This document shows, piece by piece, positions 47,397 to 57,900 of a stretch of 64,000 bases of DNA. The stretch's first letter is position 1, and the number at the start of each line of letters is the position of its first letter. The notes under the pieces were generated by a model that saw only the letters and a list, made by a program, of their open reading frames with translations, was not told where the DNA came from and did not search any database. Both the position numbers and the translations under genes were made by a program. The stretch lies in the IMG/VR virus record IMGVR_UViG_3300050014_000823, positions 124,001 through 188,000 of that record, one strand, 5' to 3'.

Positions 47397-48779
47397 TTAA
47401 ACTACTGCCAAAGATTTCATAACTGCAGCTTTGTAAAATTCCGCACGTTTTTTAGTAACTTCGGCAAGATTATATTCTTCTTTAAAGTCCTCATATAGCT
47501 GTTCCCCAAGTTGTTTACGAAGGTCTGCATCTAATATCAGTCTCTTTAAATACTTCTGCCAATACTTTCTGGCATTTTTTTCTGCAGGAATCAACACACA
47601 ATTTTCCATGTGTCTACCATCCACATCGTATGGTGGAATATCTGAACAGACAATTGGAAGTTTCCTTGTCCAACATTCAACCTGTTTCAAATTTGACTTC
47701 ATCCTGTTAAATGGATTGTCGGCAAGTGGTGCGATTACTATATCGGTTTCATCCAATACCTGTGCGTATGTATTGGCTTTCTGTGTCCATCTACGAGCAA
47801 AGTTACCTTCATTATCATACTTCACATTTCTTTCGAAGTTGCCGAGCCATTCGAGATAATCTTTGTCTTGAATATTTCTGTGATTATCGGTCAAAATCTT
47901 TTCGTAAACAAGATATACGCTTTCTTCTGACTTAATATCACGTTGTTCCTGATTGAAAACTTTACCCCTGTACTTTTCTTTTAATGCTTCAGGTAAACCA
48001 GGAATTAAATCAACATTACCACGACTTTTGTTAATTATTTTAACATTACCAATGGTCCAAAGTCCTAATTTCTGCAATTCAGTACCAAATTCCTGGTTGA
48101 ATGTAATATCAGTTGTATTACCTTCTGTGTCCCAACCTGCAATAATGACTTTGAATTTATCATGGAGCATTGGGTCACCATTAAGTACATTGAATACTCC
48201 ATCGAGTTGTTCAACGTCACCCATGTGAGAAGAACCTGCCATGTAAGTAATTCTTACACGACCATCTGGGTCGGGTTTCCAGTTGTTCTGAAACTGCTTC
48301 ATCCAAGTAGGGTCAATACTGTTATAGAACACCATGACATTATCCTTACCTGTCACTTTACGAATTTCGTCCGCAAATATGTCCGTAGTTGTAGTAACAT
48401 AGTCAGCAATCTTTAAGTTTTCCAGAATTGGAATATGCATTTTCTTTTCCTGTGCAAGACCATAGAACGGGTGATTCTTATGTAGTTGCCAGTAGTCGTC
48501 AATGTCCACAATCAATATTACACCTGACTTACGCAATTCAGTTGCAAGTAACTGCATCTGTTTTGGGTCGGGAAGAAATTGACGGTGATAATGTATAATG
48601 TGAAATGTTTTGAGATAATCAATTGTCTTAGGGTCATTAAAGTCTAATTCGGGGTTGATTTCAACATAAAAATCTTCTGAATGATTCCTATCGAGTTCCG
48701 TTGCCGGGGTTAATGTTCTGAAGTAGTTTACACCTGCTCCATCTAAGTTGTAGAATAAAATTCTAATTTTTCCGTCCAT
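47397..48779 (-). CDS. GT-B (GT4-like) glycosyltransferase (start reassigned to MDGKI)
   Basis: DGAGVNYFR, DIDDYW, ADYVTTTT..FADE, DIVIAPL..N.FN..KSNLK..E, IVCSDIPPY. Confidence 0.8.
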   Translation of the reverse strand: MDGKIRILFYNLDGAGVNYFRTLTPATELDRNHSEDFYVEINPELDFNDPKTIDYLKTFHIIHYHRQFLPDPKQMQLLATELRKSGVILIVDIDDYWQLHKNHPFYGLAQEKKMHIPILENLKIADYVTTTTDIFADEIRKVTGKDNVMVFYNSIDPTWMKQFQNNWKPDPDGRVRITYMAGSSHMGDVEQLDGVFNVLNGDPMLHDKFKVIIAGWDTEGNTTDITFNQEFGTELQKLGLWTIGNVKIINKSRGNVDLIPGLPEALKEKYRGKVFNQEQRDIKSEESVYLVYEKILTDNHRNIQDKDYLEWLGNFERNVKYDNEGNFARRWTQKANTYAQVLDETDIVIAPLADNPFNRMKSNLKQVECWTRKLPIVCSDIPPYDVDGRHMENCVLIPAEKNARKYWQKYLKRLILDADLRKQLGEQLYEDFKEEYNLAEVTKKRAEFYKAAVMKSLAVV

Positions 48780-48866
48780 CTTGTGTTTATAAAATATTAT
48801 AAAATTATGCAATTAATTATAAATACGTAAAAATAGCGGAAAATCTGCCAAGTGGCAAGACATTTT

Positions 48867-48894
48867 AAAAAAAAAGCCAACAAATCGTTGGCTT
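48867..48894 (-). terminator. Rho-independent terminator
   Basis: Stem AAGCCAAC/GTTGGCTT with a T-run. Confidence 0.75.
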
Positions 48895-48916
48895 AATATC
48901 GTTAAATTAGATTAGG

Positions 48917-49285
48917 TTACTCATTACCAGGAACTTCGGTGTCGTGTAATTTCTTCCCAATCTTTTTTCTTGGAGTAGTGTCAACCCTCATATCAATATT
49001 TTTGGGTTCTTCCACAGGTGCTGTTGTAACAACTGGTTTACCTGCATTCATACTATTGTTCAACTCGTTAGTGCTTACTTCGATGACGCTAATGAGTTTC
49101 TTCACTCTTAATTTATGTACTGAGAGTGGTAATGAATGTATTTGTAAGAAAATAGTTTCACCGGGTTTAACCTGAATACTTTTTCTCTGCATAGAATCAA
49201 CATAGTCAATCGACAGTGTTGTGTTGAATTTCAAATCACGCTTTCCTGCGGTATTTGTTAAGTTTGTTATTTTGTAGTTTGCCAT
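48917..49285 (-). CDS. Hypothetical protein
   Basis: 122-aa ORF. Confidence 0.6.
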   Translation of the reverse strand: MANYKITNLTNTAGKRDLKFNTTLSIDYVDSMQRKSIQVKPGETIFLQIHSLPLSVHKLRVKKLISVIEVSTNELNNSMNAGKPVVTTAPVEEPKNIDMRVDTTPRKKIGKKLHDTEVPGNE

Positions 49286-49293
49286 TGTAGTAG

Positions 49294-50133
49294 TTATTTA
49301 AGTCCTTGTATTAATGTATCGCCATATTTAATGCCATCATATCCCATATGCTGTGCTTTTTCGGCAATTGCTTTATTTTTTAAGTTAATTGGTGGAACTT
49401 TATATTGTTCACCTAATTTTTCAAAGTTTACGTGCGGAAACCATGCTTTAGCAAGTACTTCTGCAGGTATTTGGCTGTCCTTATACTCGATGCCTAAGTC
49501 ATTGGTATCAAGTAAGTTTTCAAAATCAATCTGATATTTAATAAATCCTTCAACAGGTGTTAATGTAAAGAAATTTCCAATGACGGACCTTTCTTTAATT
49601 GGTTCTCTACGATACGCAATTATCGACTGGTCATTTTTGCTTGGATTTTCTGATTCAACGCCTGCATTATTTTCTTCAAGTGCTGAAAGAAATTCATTGT
49701 AGCTTACACCTGAGTTTGTTTGATTATTTGCATTAAGAACATCCTGTCCGACCACTTCTTCCATTTTCTGCACTTCGGTATAGTCATAAACGTCCTGTAT
49801 TTTATTTAAAAGTCTGCAGGCATCTTTAAATTCTAAGTCGATTTTAATTGCTGTCAACGGTAAGTTATCTGTTGTGGCAAAAACATACCGATGATGCCCG
49901 TCACAGATGGTATTTTCTTTATCAAGCCAAATTGGATTCATATCATTTGGCTTTGCTTTTTCAACATCATCAGAAAAAGTAAATCCTTGTGACACATTTA
50001 AATTTTTTAACTCTTCTGGACTAATTTGAATGTATTCATAATCAACACCCTCCTCATCGAGTTGTTTCACGACAGCATCAACAGGTGCGCTAATCTGTGG
50101 CAAATAGTACGGCTTGTGTTTCATTCTTATCAT
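49294..50133 (-). CDS. ParB/sulfiredoxin-like N-terminal domain protein
   Basis: PIWLDKENTICDGHHRYV motif. Confidence 0.6.
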   Translation of the reverse strand: MIRMKHKPYYLPQISAPVDAVVKQLDEEGVDYEYIQISPEELKNLNVSQGFTFSDDVEKAKPNDMNPIWLDKENTICDGHHRYVFATTDNLPLTAIKIDLEFKDACRLLNKIQDVYDYTEVQKMEEVVGQDVLNANNQTNSGVSYNEFLSALEENNAGVESENPSKNDQSIIAYRREPIKERSVIGNFFTLTPVEGFIKYQIDFENLLDTNDLGIEYKDSQIPAEVLAKAWFPHVNFEKLGEQYKVPPINLKNKAIAEKAQHMGYDGIKYGDTLIQGLK

Positions 50134-50873
50134 ATTACTGACAAATTTTTTAATTCACATTCTAATGCTTCTTTAACAGTGCCTAATACAGAATAAGGTA
50201 TTTTAATTAATTTATAGCCATTGTTAATAGCATAATTAATTTTAATTTTGTCACGTTTTTTTGTATCCAATAAAGCATTGTCACCACCAAAAAAATCAAC
50301 AGATTTATAATGTTGAATTCCATCGAACTCTATGAATATTTTATGTTTGGGTAGATAAAAATCATAATATAAATTCGAAACAGATTTTAAATTATTAAAT
50401 GTTACTTCACGCTCAAAGTTAATGTTGTGTTTCAACAAAATATTTGCTATTTGTTCTTCATTATGTGAAGCACGACATTTTCTACATCCATATCCATGTA
50501 AATGTGCATGGGGCGTTTGTTCAAATTTACCATGCTTATTACAAATAATCGTTATTTTGTTTTCATATCCACCATATTTTACTAACGAATAATCAAATCT
50601 ATTGCCGTGCATTTCTTTTGCTTTTTCAATAAAAGTTTCATTGGTGAACCTATTTTCTTTTGAGATTTTTTCGTATTGACATTTCTTACACCCATATCCC
50701 GTTAAATGGTCATTCGGTGTTTGCAAAAATTCTCCATGTTTAGTACAAATAATAATAACTTTATTTTTGTTGCCAACATACTCAACTTTCGAATAATCAT
50801 ATTTATCACCATGTTTATTTAGTGATTTTAATATGAATTCTCCTGTGTTTGATTTTTTTGTTGACCTAATCAT
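50130..50873 (-). CDS. Free-standing endonuclease (DUF723-like repeats plus Vsr-like domain), copy 2
   Basis: Same repeat and YDFYLPKHKIFIEFDG.QH core as copy 1; late motif at 50887-50895. Confidence 0.75.
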   Translation of the reverse strand: MIRSTKKSNTGEFILKSLNKHGDKYDYSKVEYVGNKNKVIIICTKHGEFLQTPNDHLTGYGCKKCQYEKISKENRFTNETFIEKAKEMHGNRFDYSLVKYGGYENKITIICNKHGKFEQTPHAHLHGYGCRKCRASHNEEQIANILLKHNINFEREVTFNNLKSVSNLYYDFYLPKHKIFIEFDGIQHYKSVDFFGGDNALLDTKKRDKIKINYAINNGYKLIKIPYSVLGTVKEALECELKNLSVI

Positions 50874-50896
50874 AGAATTATTTTACTATAAATACA

Positions 50897-51475
50897 TCAG
50901 ATTATAATTTTTTTTAGTTCGTCTTGAATAATGCATAATGCATTCTGACTTCGACTTGTTTCTGTCAAAGCAATAGTACCTTCAGTTGCACGATAAATAT
51001 TAAATTCAACACCCGATGGTAGTTTACTTCTGATTTCTTCGTATGCTTCAATATCAACATCACGGTCCTCATAGACGTTTATTACCTTCAAGTCTGGTAG
51101 TTGCTGTACATAACGCATAACCTTAACACCTTTGTTGCCTTCTGCACGTTTCATGTCAAATTTATCGACTTTGATTTTATTTGCATCAAGTACTGCTTCA
51201 ACTTCTGAACGTAGTTTTTCCATTCTCGATGTTAAAACAATAACATAAGTTCCGGGAGTTACAATCTCTTTTTTGAGTTGTTTTAACACACTTGGAAATG
51301 GTTTGATGTCAAAAACCTCTAAGTCCAGGCTTTCTGGTCTACCCCACCATCCACTAAATGGATATTCTTTATCCATTTTCTCCGACCATTCTTTTTTACC
51401 TGTTTCTGGCATAGGAGAATTCATAAGTGTCCCGTCAAAATCAAATACTGCTAATCTCTTAATCATAACAAACAA
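50897..51475 (-). CDS. HAD phosphatase of the RNA-repair type (Swiss-army-knife HAD-like)
   Basis: AVFDFDGTLMNSP.P (motif I), W.GWW..P.SL, VLTSR (motif II), VYEDR (motif IV). Confidence 0.75.
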   Translation of the reverse strand: MFVMIKRLAVFDFDGTLMNSPMPETGKKEWSEKMDKEYPFSGWWGRPESLDLEVFDIKPFPSVLKQLKKEIVTPGTYVIVLTSRMEKLRSEVEAVLDANKIKVDKFDMKRAEGNKGVKVMRYVQQLPDLKVINVYEDRDVDIEAYEEIRSKLPSGVEFNIYRATEGTIALTETSRSQNALCIIQDELKKIII

Positions 51476-51960
51476 TTATATTTTATTTCATTAATATTGC
51501 TTATCTCTGAGCAATACGGTGCAAATATATCTTTTTTTATTAAATAAATGTTCATTTCCTTAGTAATATTTCCTTCTTGTTGAACGCTAAAGGTTTCATA
51601 TCGAGTTTCAGGATGCTCAACAATACAATCGTGAATTCTTTGCTTCTCAATTATGTATGCTGTTTCTCCGTCTGCAATAAGCCAATAATCTGCTTTGGTA
51701 ATCAATAAACCCGACCACCTGCCATTACAGCCAACCTCAATACAAATATTGCCCGTAATATAAGACATTTCATCATACTTACATTCAAGAGTCTTTGAGG
51801 ATTTACTGAAATCTCCGTTGAAAAGAATTATGTCGTAGAAACTATAATCTTCTCTTTTCATGTTTTTGTATGCGAGAGGTAATACCTTACTATTGATATC
51901 TTCTAAGACGAATTTTTCAAAATCAAATCCTTTTGCAGATGCTTCTTTCCAACTTGGCAT
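51463..51960 (-). CDS. PD-(D/E)XK nuclease-like protein
   Basis: YDII...TLECKYD...TGNICIE...SGL..TKADYW pattern. Confidence 0.6.
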   Translation of the reverse strand: MPSWKEASAKGFDFEKFVLEDINSKVLPLAYKNMKREDYSFYDIILFNGDFSKSSKTLECKYDEMSYITGNICIEVGCNGRWSGLLITKADYWLIADGETAYIIEKQRIHDCIVEHPETRYETFSVQQEGNITKEMNIYLIKKDIFAPYCSEISNINEIKYNCLL

Positions 51961-51961
51961 A

Positions 51962-54900
51962 TTATTCTACTTCGGTTACTTTTCCTGTTAATATCAATGG
52001 TTCACTCAAATTTACCCACATGCTTAATTGATTTGACATCATTGGTTTACCACCCTGTGCACGATTTACGGCAATAGTTATATGTGGCTTCTTATTCTTT
52101 GTGAGATATTTATCCACCACCACACCAACTGCCATAACCATATCATCCATAGAAAATTCTGTGGCTTCCATAACAATAGTCATGCCCAAGAATTTCAAAT
52201 ACTCTGGAGCAATCGGACCTAAGTTCATTGTCATGTGATGTGCAATAGTTTCCCAACCTTCGGGAATCATATTACCAAGTCTCTTAAGCAATGCTGTACG
52301 GGATTTGTCATCAAGCACCACGGCAGTATATTTCACATTTTTATTCATGTCTTCGTCAAGTACTTCGTTATCAACTAATTTGTGATATAAATCGTGTTTT
52401 AATTTTTCATCATGGCTGAAATCCTCATAATTATTCTGTAAGAATTCCAATACGGATTTATCTGATGCACTTTCATATCCACCTTGATTCCACTCATAAT
52501 ATTTATCCGTAAAGAAATTAATATCAACCTGTTGTCCATTTACGTTCCAAGTAGGCTTCTCTTGACCTGTTTCAGGATAACTATATTCGTTAAGTGTAAT
52601 TGGTTCGCCTTTAACATTCTCATAATACTCCGGATAAAAATTATATTGAGGATTACGTCTTTTTGCAGCTCTTAAGAAGTCATTAACAATTTTTATGTTG
52701 TCATAATCATATTCATCTGCAGCAAAATCATAACTACTGTCAGCCAAACCGAAATCATTTGTGCTTCCAATTCTGTTTACAAGCATCCATTCAGTCAAAT
52801 AATTATACATGGCTTCTGTATCACCCTCAATAAATCCCAATGCTCTACCAATATTACCATGATTAAAATAACCGTCCTTTTGTGCAAGAAATAAATTGCC
52901 CTCTTGGTCAATTATTCCTCTGACTCCCGGACCGATATTCCGTAATGATTTAGGATTTTCATATATTGGTGACTTTTTACCATTTCTATCTCTTACCATA
53001 GCAACTGGTTCTTCTTCCTGTGCCTGTACTGCACCCCTTGCAATCACGTCTTGTTCTGCACTCTGATTTGGCATGTTAAACATCCTTTCAGCAGCTTTAT
53101 CGGCAATACTTTCATCTACACTACCGTCAAGCATAAGTTTATCGCCATCATTGCCTTTATGACCTTTCCAAGTATAAACCAATTCAGTACCGTTAAGCAT
53201 TCTGTTCTTCTCGAATGGTTTAATGTACTTCTGTCCTTCTCCGGGTTTAACATACGCAATTGTAATATGTGGATGATAATCGGGGAATGCACTTGTATGT
53301 GGTAATGCTTTCATTATCTCATTTAATTTTGTAAGTTCTGGAGATTCAACATCGAACTTAACAACATCAAACTTAGGATTACCAGTGAAAAACGATATGC
53401 CCTTAATTCCTATCTTAATTGGTTCTATCGGCATATTTTTTTCAAACAAACTAAAGCAATCTTCTGAAGTTACTTCATCGTGAAAACCATATAATATTGT
53501 AGTATGTGGTTCTGTTTCAATTCCATATCCTGGCTCGTCATAAACATCATCAGGAGAAATTATTGACGTAATTTTTGTCCAAATCGGAACGTCAAGAAAC
53601 AACATCAGACATCCATATTCTATTTTGTCCGTGGGTTTTACTTCTTCCTTAATCATTTCGCCATTTTGTTTCGCCAAAGCTAATAAATCTTCACGATTAT
53701 TCCTAACCTTATCTGCATAAACCTTTAGCAATAATGATTTTTGCATGTCGCCAATTGCCTTACCCTGTAAACCAAGTTGTGACAAATCATTACCATTAAC
53801 AGCTAATTCGTTGACAGTTTTAGGATATTTGCCCTGTTGAAATTCTTCTGAGGCTTTTTGAAGTCCCATTGGAATTATCTGACTCTGTAATGCCTGTGGA
53901 CTTAGCAGATACATATTATGTGCAATTGACCTATCGAGAACATCATGTGTTATGTCGGGTAATGTAAACGCTAATTCAAGTGCTTTAATTTCCTTATATG
54001 TTGGGATATCACCTTTGAGATTATTCTTGTAAAATTCCGAAGGACTCTGAACAGTACCAACTGCCAACAGATAAATAAATTCACCCATTGTTTTAACATC
54101 GGCAATTCTATCGCTAATCTGCTTTGGCTGTCCACCGAAAATCTGTTCATATAAGCCAGTATTCACAAGTAAATCCGCACCCATTTTCACATTACCCTTC
54201 TTGATTATCTTATCGAATTCCGTTAAAATTCTCTCTGGTGCAATTTCTTTAACCCTCTGGGCATTTTCTTTTATCATCTGCATAGTCTGTGGCTCAATTG
54301 TAAACCCGAAACGTGATGCAAATTGTACTGCACGCAACATTCTCAATGGGTCATCACTGAATGCCTGTGGATTAACAATACGAATAATTTTGTTTTTAAG
54401 GTCTTCTTGACCACCAAATGGGTCAACTATATTACCCTCTGAATCTTTTGCAATAGCATTAATTGTAAAATCCCTGCGTTCCAAGTCTTTTTCAATCGGT
54501 AGTGCATGGTCAGACTTAACATCAAAACCTTGATGACCACCTTCACCCGTAGCTGTTTCAGTACGTGGAATAGCAATGTCAATATCATCGGTAGCACCCT
54601 TTGGCTTGAATTTCAACACACCAAATGATTTACCAACAGCATCTACACGACCATATTTGCCAAGAAGTTGTTCAAGTTCTTCAAACGGCACACCAGTAAT
54701 AAGCACATCCAAATCTTTGGATTGTTTACCAAGAAATTCATCCCGGACCGCACCACCAACACTATAAATTTTACCACCAAGTTGCTCAACCTCTTGTTTG
54801 AAAGGCAAGTCTTGTAATGACATTATTTCCGCTTCGTTCATGACTGATTCTTCAAGTGCATTATCTCCATAAAAACGTATTGATTCCGCTATGAATTCCA

Positions 54901-57900
54901 TAGTCGGATTTTTTTCTTTTGCCAAAGATAAGAATTTTTCGTAATATGGCAACGCTTCTTCTCTTTTTGGTACAGTTTCCCAATAACTTGAATGAAAGTT
55001 TCTTTTTTCTTCTGGATATAACGGTGCATTTGACTCTCCAACTAAGATGATATTATCTCTTTTATATCGTTGAACAGTCAAAAAATTAGTTGGTGGGGTT
55101 TTATCCCAATGTTCCTCATTTTCAATGACTCCCAAGCTATTGAGGGTATAGAGTAATTCGAAGTGTATAACAACACTTTTTTGTTCAGTGTATAAGTTTC
55201 CTTCTTTGTCAACAACACCCCGGACATCACCCCAAATATTTTTCCAAGATTTCGGATTTTTTATTATTACCAACCCATTTTCGGGATTATTGTAAACGAT
55301 ATCTTCGGAATCCTGCTCCCTGTTGAACCTATCGTTGAATTCTGCATCAGGATTCGGAACATTAAACATTTTTTCCGCAGCAACATCCGCTACACCTTCG
55401 TCAACACTTACTGGTTCTCCTTCAATAAAAGTATAATATTCTTCATAAAACTCATATTGTGGATTTCGTCTTTTTGTGGCTTTCAATATATCAATTGCAT
55501 TGTCATAGTTATGCGCATTTGAATTAATATATCTTGAAGAAATGTCCCCCAAACCGAAATTATTTGTTAAGTCAACCCTATTAAGTAATTGATATTTATC
55601 TAATTCTGAATATATTCTTGCATCAATCGTGAATAATCCCAATGCTTTTGCTATATTACCGTGGGTAAATGAATAATCTGCTTGTGCAACATATAGATTT
55701 CCATCTGTATCTGCGATTGCCCGTACATCCCTTTGAAATCTTTCTAAGGATTTGGGATTTTTATAAATTTGACTAACTCTTCCAATGGTATCTACTACTT
55801 CTCCAACAGGTTCATTCGTATTTTTTTCTATCTCACCCTGTGCTTGAACGTCTTGTTCTGCATGTGGGTCGGGAATATTAAATGCTTTCTCAGCATATTT
55901 ATCAGCCACACCTTCCATTTGATATTTCTTACCACCCGTAGGTTTGAAATTCTTCTTAAATGCAGTGTACATCAGACTTGAAATTCTTTCAGATTCTCCT
56001 TCTTCACTGATACTCTCTGTTCTTTTTCTGAAAAGCAATTCAACTTTATTTGCAATGTCATGGGCGTTATCGTATGTATAACCATAATGCTTGATAAGAT
56101 AGCTTTCAACCCTTTCATGAAGTAAAATCCCTTCAAAGTCGTTTGGCTTTGTCAAATGTACGTCATCAACCCAAAGTTCGTCTGCTGGAATGTGCTTAGC
56201 ATATTTTTGCTGTGATTTTGGTAAGTCATAGTCAACCCAATGATTGCCACCTTCAACCCACTCAATAAAACCACTGTCACGCACTTCGTCACCATTAACT
56301 GCATAAACGGGATTGACATCAATACCGTCATTGTATGTACGGATTAATTTCTTATCCAATTCATGTGTAGTATTGTCTTTCTCAATCTGTGGTTCACTTA
56401 CAGGAAATTCTTCTTCGTGTATTGTGTTTTTCATTTTATCGAGATACTGCTCATAGTCTGTATCTTGAAATATTTCAGAAGTTTCTTCGTCTGGCTCATC
56501 GTATGCTTCTAAACCATTAATCTCATAGAAAGCATTCATTCTCTTTTTAAAATCATCAGTAATATCGACTTTGCCAATATAATGACCTTGTACTGCCCTT
56601 CTGAATCTAACTTCTTTTAAATAAGTAAAATCACCTATTTCCCAATGAGAAATGTCCGCATCGGGTTTTTCGTTTATTTCATAAACATAAAAAACTCCCG
56701 GATTTTTACCGTGTTGCATAAACATCGAATACAGTCCCATTAAAGCACCACCAACACTTTTACTTGCAGCAATTTCTGGTGTTTCACTAACCCAAAACGT
56801 ATCATACTTATATATTGGATTACCGTCATCGTCAATTGCTTCGTAATAACCTTCGGGTTCAAATTCAATCGTTTCACCCATATATTTTTCAACAGCACGA
56901 TAATATTTTTCACCACCACTTGTTACCACTTCATTTATTGCAGTATTGGGAAGTCTGTACATCAACTGCATAGTCTGGAAGTCCTTATTCCTGCCTTTGT
57001 TCATGATAAATCCCAATGATTTATACCATGCAGTTAGTTTAGACTTACTTGCGCCCCACATACTATCGGGAGTTAATGTAACAATTAATTTATTTCTGTC
57101 GGCATAGTCAAAGATAAGTTTCATTGCATCATTGGCATATCCTTTACCTCTGAATTCTTTGTTGATAAAAATTTTATCTATTGCGATGTAATGATTCTGA
57201 CCTTGAACGCCTCTGTCCATGATACCTACCTCACCAACGACTTGACCATCATCAGTTATCTTAAGCGAATCATATCCGCTTAAATTGTTTGGTAGATTAA
57301 GATTCACAGACTCTTTAATACTACCAAATGTCAAGTTGCCAATATCTCCTTGATTACAGGCAGTGCTTGTACCGTCACCATTACCACCAAGTCTGCACTT
57401 TTTCTTAACATCAACAGTTTTACTGCCAGATTGAAACGACTGAACTCTTTCTGTTATTTGAAATTCGTCTTGGGTTGCATCACCGACAACATGGTTATAT
57501 TCTAAGTCTTCGTTTACTTCACTGTTTGCGTTTAAATCGTTGCTTATTGAGGGTGAAGTGTCCATATTATTGTATGTTGGAAAATTATCTTGACCAAAAC
57601 TATTGTCTGTCGAATATAATGCTGAACCGTCTTCGTCAACTTGAACAGGTTCTGGCATATTATTAGATTTAAAAAAATAATTACCAAAACCTACATCAAA
57701 AAATCCCAAATTACCATTTGGTTTATATCCTAAGTTATTTGGATTTGTATAATCTGTACTTTCTAAGCCGTATTTTTTTACTTCTTCGCCAATTTTAAGT
57801 ATTTTATCAAAAAATTCTCTGTCTTGTGGATTTCTTGCAAAGTATTTTTGAACCTTATCTTCATCCACATTGTCATCGCCAAAACGATTGTGTATGAAAT

